A stretch of 64,000 nt of DNA from Bacilli bacterium (GTDB lineage: Bacteria > Bacillota_I > Bacilli_A > ML615J-28 > CAG-698). The translations under genes were made by a program, and so were the position numbers. The notes under the pieces were generated by a model. That model did no database searches, was not told where the DNA came from, and was given only the letters and a program-made list of their open reading frames with translations. Where the stretch lies: assembly GCA_050953065.1 (NCBI GenBank), contig JBMNLZ010000002.1, positions 256,001 through 320,000 of the forward strand, written 5' to 3'. Below, piece after piece: positions 29,760 to 38,996 of this stretch (position 1 is its first letter; each line of letters opens with the position of its first letter).

Positions 29760-29811
29760 TTTGATTTTAAACACACATTTTTAAAAGAAATGTGTGTTTT
29801 ATTTAAAAAAG
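29705..29811. repeat. 107-bp direct repeat, left copy (yhaM 3' end + terminator)
   Basis: Identical to 37705-37811. Confidence 0.97.
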
Positions 29812-30211
29812 CACCTTGTGCGAAGTATTGATGCGAATCTTTAAATATGAACCAATTTAATAAACTTGAAACTCCTTTTGGAACTTCTTGATATTTTTCT
29901 AAAGCAAACTCTAAATATTCTTTTCCACTATCTTCAATATGATAGTAATTTCTAAATCTTTTTTTACCAACCAATACTTTGTTTGAAGAAATGAGTTTTC
30001 TTTCTTCTAGTTTATATAAAGGGCCATATAAAGAACCTTCTTTAACATCAAATACACCATTAGTTCTTATATATAAGTCTTTTTTAATCTCATAACCATA
30101 AGTATCTTTTTCGGTTAAAAGATATAAGATTAGGATTTCTAACAATCCAAATTTTAAATTTTCATCAAGATCAAATTTCCATTTTTCATTAGGATCTATT
30201 TTCCACCACAT
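29741..30211 (-). CDS. PadR-family transcriptional regulator
   Basis: ILYLL...DTYGYEI, EGSLY..LYKLE....I, R.YY.I...GK. Confidence 0.9.
   Translation of the reverse strand: MWWKIDPNEKWKFDLDENLKFGLLEILILYLLTEKDTYGYEIKKDLYIRTNGVFDVKEGSLYGPLYKLEERKLISSNKVLVGKKRFRNYYHIEDSGKEYLEFALEKYQEVPKGVSSLLNWFIFKDSHQYFAQGAFLNKTHISFKNVCLKSNYIFGL
29769..29800. terminator. yhaM terminator (duplicated at 37769-37800)
   Basis: AAACACACATTT/AAATGTGTGTTT stem + T-run. Confidence 0.85.
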
Positions 30212-30362
30212 AATTAATCACCTGCTTTTTATTTGTTTTAGATTTGATAATATAATCTCTGACTTAAATTATATACGAATTGTATATTAATTATAGTAAA
30301 ATAATATGTACATTGTAATTAGACTTATAATCTACAAACAATATTATATTAAACAATATATG

Positions 30363-30391
30363 TTGACATAGATATTTTTAAGTGTTAAAAT
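30363..30391 (+). promoter_or_regulatory. sigma-A promoter driving the island cargo
   Basis: TTGACA-17 bp-TAAAAT with extended -10 TG. Confidence 0.75.
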
Positions 30392-30626
30392 TCTTGTGAG
30401 CAATTTAAGGAAGAGGGGGTGAATGTTGTATGATTAAAATAATTTGAATTTTTGATAATGCTATGGTCAATTCATAAAATTGTATTTGTTAGTAAAATTG
30501 TAAGTAGTAAGGATAATAGTTTGTAACGTAATTAAATATATTTAGTTATGATAATTAATTTGAATACTAATATTGGTTTATTATAATTAAAAATATACAA
30601 ATAATTTATAATTGTAAGAGAGGTAA

Positions 30627-31346
30627 GTGAAAATGAGAAAATTATGTATTTTAATTATTATACTATTAAGTAATTTTAGTCTTGTAGGTTGTAGAAAACC
30701 GATAAAAGAGTATAGAGATGAAAATTTTATTTATGATTATAGGTCCTATATGAATGAAGATTGGATTTATTTAAAAGCTCTAACAAAAGAAGGAAAAGAA
30801 AAAGAATATCTTGTTGTACCAAATAAATATAACGGATATCCAGTTAGATTAGAGGGGTATGGAATACTTCAAGACCAATTAGATATAAGAAGTGATAAAC
30901 TTATAAAAATTTATATATCTAATGAAATAAAAAATTTAGCCAATTTTTATACAGGAGATGATGTAAAAATAATTTGTATTTCTAATAATATATTGAGTTT
31001 TACAGACAATAATAAAAATTATGTATCATTAAAGTTTTATGAAGAGTTAAATGAAAAAGGAAAAATAAAATCTAATAAAATTTATCCAGCTAATTTGAGC
31101 TATCAATATAATTATGAAGATGCTCCGAATGATGGATATTATTGGCTTGATGATTATGATAATGAAAATATTGTTTTTATTCCCCAAGATCCAGTTAGAA
31201 TAGGATATATATTTGGTGGTTGGTATAAAGAAGAAGAATGTATAAACAAATGGGATTTTGGAGACGATATTATTCCAGCAAAGGAATATGATGATAAAAA
31301 TAAGTATATTATTAACGAAACAATTTTGTATGCAAAATGGATATAG
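30627..31346 (+). CDS. Lipoprotein with C-terminal InlB B-repeat (Listeria-Bacteroides repeat)
   Basis: Lipobox LVGC; P.DPVRIGYIFGGWY...ILYAKW. Confidence 0.85.
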   Translation: MKMRKLCILIIILLSNFSLVGCRKPIKEYRDENFIYDYRSYMNEDWIYLKALTKEGKEKEYLVVPNKYNGYPVRLEGYGILQDQLDIRSDKLIKIYISNEIKNLANFYTGDDVKIICISNNILSFTDNNKNYVSLKFYEELNEKGKIKSNKIYPANLSYQYNYEDAPNDGYYWLDDYDNENIVFIPQDPVRIGYIFGGWYKEEECINKWDFGDDIIPAKEYDDKNKYIINETILYAKWI

Positions 31347-31358
31347 GGGGAGAAATAA

Positions 31359-34300
31359 ATGTTAAAAAATAAAATTTTAAAATTGTGTTTTAGTTTATTA
31401 TTGTTATTAGTTATAGTGTTTGGCTTTTCAAATATAGTTATATTTGCAGCAGAAAATGGAAGCGATGATTTCGTTGGGTATTCATCTTTATTAAGTAGGG
31501 ATGAATTGCAAGAAGAAACAACAACAACGTATTTTACAAATATTAACTACGAGGAAAATGATTTTGATTATACAAATACAAATATACAAGTTGATGATTC
31601 AGAACCGTTGTTAACAGTGCTTGTTCACGGTTATGGTAGTAATGCAAGTGTTTGGAGTAATAATTTTGAATTTTTTAGTGAAGAAGATTTACGGTTAGAA
31701 AAGAAAGATGAAAAATTTACTTACGATTCAGACTCATTAATTGAAAGACTTAGAAATATAACGGAAGCTAATATATATTGTGCAGAAATGATGACATCCA
31801 GTTCTTTTGTATTATATAAATTACCTGAGTTATCAGATAATTTATTAGCTGTCCAAGATTCTTTTAGTTTAAATGGAAGTATTACGAACGATGAATTAGA
31901 TTTAATAGATTATAAAAATAATGGTGAGATAATTAAACAAATTAACGATATATCAAAACATTCTGTAGTTATTTTTAAATCAAAAAATTCAAGGGCATCA
32001 AACGATGATGTATATGAAGAGTTTGATTATATGATGGATAAAATTGTGTATGATATCCGTACCTTAAATAGTAATAATAAATTGCCAAAAGTAAATCTAA
32101 TAGCACATAGTAGAGGAGGGCTTACGGCATTGCAGTATACTTTTGATCATTCTGCACTTGTTGAAAATGTTTTTACGATTGGGGCACCATTTTCAGGTTC
32201 TAATTTAGGAGAATCAGATTTATTACTTAATATGATCTTTCCGACAGTAGATGCTGGGATAGCTGATATTTTGAATGATAATTTATACAGCGCTTACAAA
32301 ACTAGATGGAATGAAAATTATGATTTTTTATACGATAATATTAATTTTAATGCCATTGGTAGTTATTCTTCAATAGATTTTATTGCTAATATGCTCGCAA
32401 ATAATAATTATAATATTCCTTTATGGGTAGGCGAAATGATAGCGATGTTAAATAATGAAGTTAAAATAGTTGAAAATATTATTATTGGAATAACTGCATT
32501 AATAGGAAAACTTGCTCCCGAGTCTGATGTTAGCGTTGCAATAACTACACTAACTGATTCAATAAAACCAGAATCATTTATTGATTTTTGCACAGGGAGG
32601 TTAGTAATTGAAGATGATTTATTTGTTGACTTAAATTCACAATTAGGTATTGGTTATGAAGGATTTAAAACTTATAGAAAATGTTTTGAAATAGATAATT
32701 GTAATCTAAAAAAAGTTGCACAAGCTAATACAGCAATTCCGCATAATCTTGAAACTAGAGATAATTGTATTATAAATTATATAATTAAAAATATAACAAT
32801 GACTAATAAAAGTAATTCTGATTATGAAGTATATTTAGTTAATAATAATTCAGTTGGAATTAGAAATTATTTAGGTAATTCAGTAAACAGCACTTTGGTA
32901 ATTCCGTCTTCTTTAGGAGGGAAAAATGTTGTAGAAATTGGCGAATTTGCCTTTTCGAATTTAATCAAAAATGACATTATTGATACAATTTATATACCTA
33001 CAAGTGTGTATAGAATTAAAAAATGTGCATTTGAAAAATGTGAAAATTTGGTAAATATTATGTTCCCATCAGTATCAAATGTTGAATATATTGGAGACTC
33101 TGCTTTTCTAGGTTGCATTAATTTATCAAGTATAAATTTGCCAGATTCGTTGATATCAATAGGAGATAATTGTTTTTATGGTTGTATTAATTTAGTTAGT
33201 TTCTCTATAGGCAGCGAATTATCTTATATAGGTGAAGCAGCATTTGCGTATTGTAAATTAAATACGATTGAAATAGATGTTGAAAATACGAATTTTAATT
33301 ATTCTAACAATGTTTTATATAATGGAATGCAAAGCAAAATAATATATTCTAACATAACTTCTAGTGTTTTTGTAGTGCCCGATTCTGTTTTTGAAATAGG
33401 GAAATATTCATTTTATAATAATGATAACATCCTAGAATTAAACTTAAATAATGTAAGTGTTATAGGTGAATATGCTTTTGCAGACTGTACAAATTTATTA
33501 AATTTAGTTAGTGGTGGCAATATAAGTATTGCTAGTAAAAGTTCATTTACTAATACTGCATGGTTAGACAGTAGCGATATAAAGATAATTGACAAAGTGT
33601 TAGTAAAATATAGTGATGAAGATAATACGTACTATTCAACACCTTCTCAAATTGAGTATATTGCAAAAAATGCTTTTTATAGTTTTGCTTTAAAAAATAT
33701 TATTTTAAACGAAAATATAAATGTTATTGATGAGATGAGTTTTCTATCTTGTATAAATTTAGAAAATGTTTATTTTTTACGACAAACACCTTGTGTTTTA
33801 TATAATAATAGTTTTTCTAATGAAAATTTAACAATGTATGTGCCGAAAGTTAGTTACAATACTTATAAAAATAATATTATGTATTATAACTATTCACCAA
33901 ATATAGAAACAAAAGATGTGATTGTTAATTTGTACGATGAGGAGTTAAAAATCAAATCTATAGTATTGAGTTTTGGCTCTATTATACAAGATATTGATCA
34001 AGGAGCAAAAATTGGTTATATATTTGATGGCTGGGAAAATTCAGATACTAATATTATTTATAATAAGGGCTCATATTTTGATATATTATCTGATTTAGTA
34101 GATTTAAAAATGGTATTTTCTCCAAATGAATATATTATTTACTTAAATGTTGAAAACACAATTGATGGTTTGCAAGAAATATCATATGATGAAAGAATAA
34201 GTTTACCTATTCCAGAAAAAAATGGATCTAATTTCATTGGGTGGTATGATGGACCGGGTCTAGAATATACAAGATATACGAATGAAAATGGGTTAATGCT

Positions 34301-36842
34301 TGTACAATGGAATAATCTTGATGATTGTGTTTTATATGCTGTTTTTCAGCCTATATCATATCAAATAAACTATGTTTTGAATGGTGGATCAATGGGAATC
34401 AATAATCCTCCAACGTATAATACTGGAGATACGATTGTTTTGAGTGAACCAATAAAATATGGTTATTATTTCATTGGGTGGAGTATAAACGATACTATTA
34501 CAAATATTATAACTCCAAATATGAGTGGTAATATTACAGCGACTGCAATTTGGACCGGCGATGAGGTTGAACTAATTGGTTTACATAGTAGTTATACTAT
34601 CTCGCACATAGCTGAAATTATTGATATTGATAACTTGTCAACGCCTGATTCAGGAATACTATTTACTATTCCTAGTAATACTTTGCAAGTAACATTTGTT
34701 AGAAATAATTCGGCGCCTATTAGGGTTTCAATAAAAATAAATAATCGCTCAAGTGATTTGATTATTAATCTTGAAGGGGTTAATTTTATAGCCCCAGAAG
34801 GTAAACATTGTATTGACGGTGGTTTGTGTAATTATACTTTAAGATTAAATTGTAAAAGCAATAATTCTATTACAGGTGGTGTAGGATTATTTGATGATTT
34901 AAATAACGGATTATCTGGTTATTATGGAATATTAGCTTATAAATTGATAATAACTGCATCAAGTTCAAATGCTCAACTTTTAATTACAGGCGGAAGTGGT
35001 AGAAATGGTGTAAATGGAATTTCAGGTGAAGATGGAGCTGATGGTGAAGAAGGGCCTAGCGGTTCATTTCTTAATCCAGGGCAAGGTGATCATGGAGTCG
35101 ATGGGACTGATGGAACTAACGGAACACATGGTGGCCATGGTGGATTTGCTGTTTATACTATATCAAGTTTTGCATATTATAATTGTGACCTAGTATTGGT
35201 TGGCGGATCAGGTGGATCAGGCGGAACAGGTGGGACAGGTGGATCTGGTGGAGCAGGAGCTGATGATGACAATAGTTCTATTTTTAATGGTGTTGGTTAT
35301 CCAGGCAATGGTGGCAATGGCGGCAATGGTGGTAATGGTGGTAATTCTGGTAGCGGTCAGGATGCTTGTAATTCTGTAATCAGTGGTATTACTATAACAA
35401 AAGGGGTAGATGGGTTAATTGGTGCTGGTGGACTAGGTGGATTAGGTGGTGCTGGTGGTGATGCAGGTGAAAGCGGTGAAGATGGCAATCCAGGAATGCA
35501 AGGAACAAATGGTTCGATGGGATTGCTAGTATCATATTATTTTGCTAAATTGCATTGTAAAGTTGATACCGTTAAAACAAATACTTATAAAACGATACCA
35601 TTGAATGGAAATTGTGAAACATATATTGAAATTATAATTGAATGTTCTGGTGTGTATAATTTTAAAACTTCATCTAGTTGTGGGTCAACATTGATATTGT
35701 ATGATTTTATAAAAAATGAAATTACTGATATTAATAAATATTTTATAGATAATAATAATGGTAACACAGATATGTCTATATACTCATCATTATCTACAGG
35801 AAAATATTATTTAAAAGTTATTAACAACGACAGCAATGGAAGTATGACATCAAATATTAGATTGGATTTTAAATATAATTCTTCTAACACTAAAACAATC
35901 AACCTAGATCAACAAATAGATGTAATGGAACATTTGCATATTGGTTCTAATGAATATTTATTTAAAACGTCTAATTCAGGCTTATATTATATAAACCTTG
36001 AGGCAATAACACCTTTAGGAGCAACTTTTCCACTAGGTACTATTGAAGTTTATTATGGAGATATTATAATTAATAAAATTAATATAAATAATTATGTAAA
36101 TGATGCAAAAAGCATTTTAAACTCAAGTAACTTATGTTTTTATGCAAATAGACTTCAGACATATAAAATTAAAATAAACTTTAATCAATATTATGTTGAT
36201 CATTTATATTTAACAATAAACAGTATAGAGCAAACTGCTTGTACTTTAAATGATGGATACAATTTAAATGAATCGATTATTTTTGGCGATAATTTAAAGG
36301 AAAAAATTATTATAGGATCTTGTGATTATATATTTACTCTAGATTATAGTGGGAGCGATATAGAGAATACCGTATTCTATGTATTAAGAAAAACTAATAC
36401 TGGGATTGAATATCTTACTTCAGTTTCTTTCAATGCATCAAGTGATACTATGAAACATAAAGTATTCAATCTACCCCTTCAAAATGGGGATATAGTATAT
36501 ATTGGTTATTTAGATGGAAAGGGTAACGGTTCGCTAAATGTATCAATTTGTAGAAATATTGAAACAAATTTTGATATAATAACTGATCCAATTTTAGGTT
36601 GTCCTGTAGGTTCAGAAGTAACTTTAAATAACGGTAGTTATGGCGGGACAATTATACATCAAGGATATACTAGGCTTTGTTATTTAGGTTCCAATGCTCC
36701 TGACACCTCATCTAGATTAAATTATGATTGGGTTTCAACGGATAGCTCAATTGCTAAAGTGAGTGCTTATGGGACTATAACGGCAATTTCATCTGGTAAG
36801 GTTAAAATTCTTGCTATATATAAACAAGATAGAAAAAAATAG
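31359..36842 (+). CDS. Large secreted protein: alpha/beta-hydrolase + BspA-type LRR + InlB B-repeats + Gly-rich region + Ig-like (Big_2)
   Basis: Signal peptide; VHGYG, AHSRG; IG..AF..C.NL repeats; GY.F.GW repeats; GGX/GXX tracts; W.S.D.SIAKVS..G.ITA. Confidence 0.88.
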   Translation: MLKNKILKLCFSLLLLLVIVFGFSNIVIFAAENGSDDFVGYSSLLSRDELQEETTTTYFTNINYEENDFDYTNTNIQVDDSEPLLTVLVHGYGSNASVWSNNFEFFSEEDLRLEKKDEKFTYDSDSLIERLRNITEANIYCAEMMTSSSFVLYKLPELSDNLLAVQDSFSLNGSITNDELDLIDYKNNGEIIKQINDISKHSVVIFKSKNSRASNDDVYEEFDYMMDKIVYDIRTLNSNNKLPKVNLIAHSRGGLTALQYTFDHSALVENVFTIGAPFSGSNLGESDLLLNMIFPTVDAGIADILNDNLYSAYKTRWNENYDFLYDNINFNAIGSYSSIDFIANMLANNNYNIPLWVGEMIAMLNNEVKIVENIIIGITALIGKLAPESDVSVAITTLTDSIKPESFIDFCTGRLVIEDDLFVDLNSQLGIGYEGFKTYRKCFEIDNCNLKKVAQANTAIPHNLETRDNCIINYIIKNITMTNKSNSDYEVYLVNNNSVGIRNYLGNSVNSTLVIPSSLGGKNVVEIGEFAFSNLIKNDIIDTIYIPTSVYRIKKCAFEKCENLVNIMFPSVSNVEYIGDSAFLGCINLSSINLPDSLISIGDNCFYGCINLVSFSIGSELSYIGEAAFAYCKLNTIEIDVENTNFNYSNNVLYNGMQSKIIYSNITSSVFVVPDSVFEIGKYSFYNNDNILELNLNNVSVIGEYAFADCTNLLNLVSGGNISIASKSSFTNTAWLDSSDIKIIDKVLVKYSDEDNTYYSTPSQIEYIAKNAFYSFALKNIILNENINVIDEMSFLSCINLENVYFLRQTPCVLYNNSFSNENLTMYVPKVSYNTYKNNIMYYNYSPNIETKDVIVNLYDEELKIKSIVLSFGSIIQDIDQGAKIGYIFDGWENSDTNIIYNKGSYFDILSDLVDLKMVFSPNEYIIYLNVENTIDGLQEISYDERISLPIPEKNGSNFIGWYDGPGLEYTRYTNENGLMLVQWNNLDDCVLYAVFQPISYQINYVLNGGSMGINNPPTYNTGDTIVLSEPIKYGYYFIGWSINDTITNIITPNMSGNITATAIWTGDEVELIGLHSSYTISHIAEIIDIDNLSTPDSGILFTIPSNTLQVTFVRNNSAPIRVSIKINNRSSDLIINLEGVNFIAPEGKHCIDGGLCNYTLRLNCKSNNSITGGVGLFDDLNNGLSGYYGILAYKLIITASSSNAQLLITGGSGRNGVNGISGEDGADGEEGPSGSFLNPGQGDHGVDGTDGTNGTHGGHGGFAVYTISSFAYYNCDLVLVGGSGGSGGTGGTGGSGGAGADDDNSSIFNGVGYPGNGGNGGNGGNGGNSGSGQDACNSVISGITITKGVDGLIGAGGLGGLGGAGGDAGESGEDGNPGMQGTNGSMGLLVSYYFAKLHCKVDTVKTNTYKTIPLNGNCETYIEIIIECSGVYNFKTSSSCGSTLILYDFIKNEITDINKYFIDNNNGNTDMSIYSSLSTGKYYLKVINNDSNGSMTSNIRLDFKYNSSNTKTINLDQQIDVMEHLHIGSNEYLFKTSNSGLYYINLEAITPLGATFPLGTIEVYYGDIIINKININNYVNDAKSILNSSNLCFYANRLQTYKIKINFNQYYVDHLYLTINSIEQTACTLNDGYNLNESIIFGDNLKEKIIIGSCDYIFTLDYSGSDIENTVFYVLRKTNTGIEYLTSVSFNASSDTMKHKVFNLPLQNGDIVYIGYLDGKGNGSLNVSICRNIETNFDIITDPILGCPVGSEVTLNNGSYGGTIIHQGYTRLCYLGSNAPDTSSRLNYDWVSTDSSIAKVSAYGTITAISSGKVKILAIYKQDRKK

Positions 36843-36844
36843 GT

Positions 36845-37216
36845 ATGGTTGAAATAGATGTCGTAGGAGTTCAAAATACTGTTATAACTTATCTAAAGTA
36901 TGGAATGGACGTTAGAATTGGTGGCACTATTAGTGGTACTGAAGTTACTAGTGGATTAGGAGTTCCTATTCAAGTTTCGGAAAATCCTGATGTGAGTATA
37001 CATGTTGGAAAAACTAGACTAATATGTTTGGGCGAAGATAGTCCTTCTTCCAGTATCCAAGATTTTACTTGGAATACAAGCGATGCTAGTGTTGCTAGTG
37101 TTTCTGTATATGGAACAATTATTGCAAATAGTGCAAGTTCAAACAAGGTTATAATTACAGGAATATATAAGTATAATCAATATTTTAGGGTATATATAGA
37201 AATTAAAGTAATTTAA
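36845..37216 (+). CDS. Second Ig-like (Big_2) repeat; likely the frameshifted C-terminus of the upstream gene
   Basis: Paralogous to the last domain of 31359-36842; one extra A in the A7 run at 36833-36839 joins the frames. Confidence 0.8.
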   Translation: MVEIDVVGVQNTVITYLKYGMDVRIGGTISGTEVTSGLGVPIQVSENPDVSIHVGKTRLICLGEDSPSSSIQDFTWNTSDASVASVSVYGTIIANSASSNKVIITGIYKYNQYFRVYIEIKVI

Positions 37217-37656
37217 AAATTAAAGTAACAAATAATGAATTCTATGAAATGTTAAAAATTATAATTAATATTCTAAAGATTTTTACATAATCATCACATA
37301 AAGGTTCCTATGTAGAAGATTGGGGTTAAAAAAGTACTCTATGTTAGTGAGTGTGGACTATTTTAAGGATTCGTTATACCACATTTTCTACATTATAAAA
37401 AGAGTTCTTTATAATATTATTTTAGCGATATTATAAAATTTAGAATGGATTTCTTATGGAATACAATATAGTAAATGAAAGAATTCCATTCTTTATTTTG
37501 AAGAGAGTTATTAAAAGTATAATATAGTGGGGTTGCTTTTTTATGAAAATAAATATCTATGAAAATATTTAAATGGTCCCAAAGAAATTCATAGGTATAT
37601 ATCCAAATGACTAACTTTTTCATATACTCAAAAAAAGTAAGTATTTAAAATTAAGA

Positions 37657-37759
37657 AAACTTGATAGGTCATATCTTTTTGGGGGCTAGTGAAATTAGTA
37701 AAGCTACAGAACCGCTTATTTCTTTTGATAGAAGAAACTTCTATAAACCAAAAATATAG
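37657..37759 (+). pseudogene. yhaM: Internally deleted fragment of a second yhaM allele
   Basis: Reads NLIGHIFLGASEISKA|TEPLISFDRRNFYKPKI*, versus NLLGHIFIGSSEISKA...TEPLISF in the intact gene. Confidence 0.85.
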
Positions 37760-37811
37760 TTTGATTTTAAACACACATTTTTAAAAGAAATGTGTGTTTT
37801 ATTTAAAAAAG
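37705..37811. repeat. 107-bp direct repeat, right copy
   Basis: Identical to 29705-29811. Confidence 0.97.
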
Positions 37812-37854
37812 TAAGCGTTTAAAATTTAGGTAAACAATTTCATTTCTAAATTAG

Positions 37855-37883
37855 TTGACTTTAAACTTTACTAACCTTATAAT
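37855..37883 (+). promoter_or_regulatory. Promoter of serC-serA
   Basis: TTGACT-17 bp-TATAAT. Confidence 0.8.
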
Positions 37884-37909
37884 TAAAATTGTTTAAGGAG
37901 GACATTAAT

Positions 37910-38992
37910 ATGAAACGTGTGTACAATTTTTCAGCCGGACCAGCGGTATTACCAGAAGAGGTTTTAAAAGAAGCAGCGAGTGAAATGCTTAATTATCAAG
38001 ACTCTGGAATGAGTGTTATGGAGATGAGTCATAGAACAAAACTATATGATAGTATCATCAAAACTGCAGAACAAGATTTAAGAGATTTGATGAATATTCC
38101 TGATAATTATAAAGTTTTGTTTCTTCAAGGCGGAGCATCGCTTCAATTTGCGATGGTGCCTATGAATATCATGAAAAATAAAGTTGGTAATTATATCATT
38201 ACAGGGCAATGGGCAAAGAAGGCTTTCCAAGAAGGAAAGAAATTTGGAAGAGTAAAAGCTTTGGCTTCATCTGAGGATAAGGTCTTTAGCTATATTCCTG
38301 ATTGCTCTAATTTAGATATTGATAGTGATGCAGACTATGTTTGGATTTGTGAGAACAATACAATTTATGGAACTAAGTTTAAAGAATTACCTAATACTAA
38401 AGGTAAAGTGTTAGTTTCTGATATGTCTTCTTGTATTTTATCAGAACCAGTTGATGTAACTAAGTATGGAGTTATTTTTGCTGGAGTTCAAAAAAATATT
38501 GGACCAGCAGGAGTTGTTGTCGTTATTATTAGAGAAGACTTAATTTATAAAGAGGGATTAGACAATGTTCCAACAATGATGCAGTATTTTATTCATTCTG
38601 AAAATGAATCTTTATACAATACTCCACCAACTTATGGAATTTATATTTGTGGGAAAGTATTTAAATGGCTTAAAAAATTAGGTGGACTTGAAAAGATGAA
38701 AGAGATTAATGAAAAGAAAGCTAAAATTCTTTATGACTTTTTAGATAGTAGTAAATTATTTAAAGGAACTGTAGTAAAAAAAGATAGATCTTTAATGAAT
38801 GTACCATTCATTACTGGCAATGAAGAACTAGATGCTAAGTTTGTAAAAGAAGCTAAAGCAGCAGGACTTGAAAACTTAAAAGGACACCGTTCAGTTGGTG
38901 GAATGAGAGCAAGCATTTATAATGCTATGCCAATTGAAGGAGTTATTGCTTTAGTTGAATTCATGAAAAAATTTGAAAAGGAGAATTCATAA
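37910..38992 (+). CDS. serC: Phosphoserine aminotransferase
   Basis: YNFSAGPA, EMSHR, QKNIGPAG, GHRSVGGMRASIYNA; ATG 37910 after AAGGAGG. Confidence 0.98.
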   Translation: MKRVYNFSAGPAVLPEEVLKEAASEMLNYQDSGMSVMEMSHRTKLYDSIIKTAEQDLRDLMNIPDNYKVLFLQGGASLQFAMVPMNIMKNKVGNYIITGQWAKKAFQEGKKFGRVKALASSEDKVFSYIPDCSNLDIDSDADYVWICENNTIYGTKFKELPNTKGKVLVSDMSSCILSEPVDVTKYGVIFAGVQKNIGPAGVVVVIIREDLIYKEGLDNVPTMMQYFIHSENESLYNTPPTYGIYICGKVFKWLKKLGGLEKMKEINEKKAKILYDFLDSSKLFKGTVVKKDRSLMNVPFITGNEELDAKFVKEAKAAGLENLKGHRSVGGMRASIYNAMPIEGVIALVEFMKKFEKENS

Positions 38993-38996
38993 GTCA

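Larger units (their letters stand above)
29705..37811. mobile_element. Genomic island at the 3' end of yhaM, with no integrase
   Basis: Accessory genes bounded by 107-bp direct repeats between yhaM and serC. Confidence 0.75.

Noticed and set aside
37217-37630. Minus-strand 68-aa ORF and possible IS end in the island tail
   Set aside because: No SD, motif or paired inverted repeat; may be decayed coding DNA but I cannot assign it
29705-37705. Significance of the exactly 8000-bp repeat spacing
   Set aside because: No mechanism depends on a round number; treated as coincidence, though junction reads should be checked
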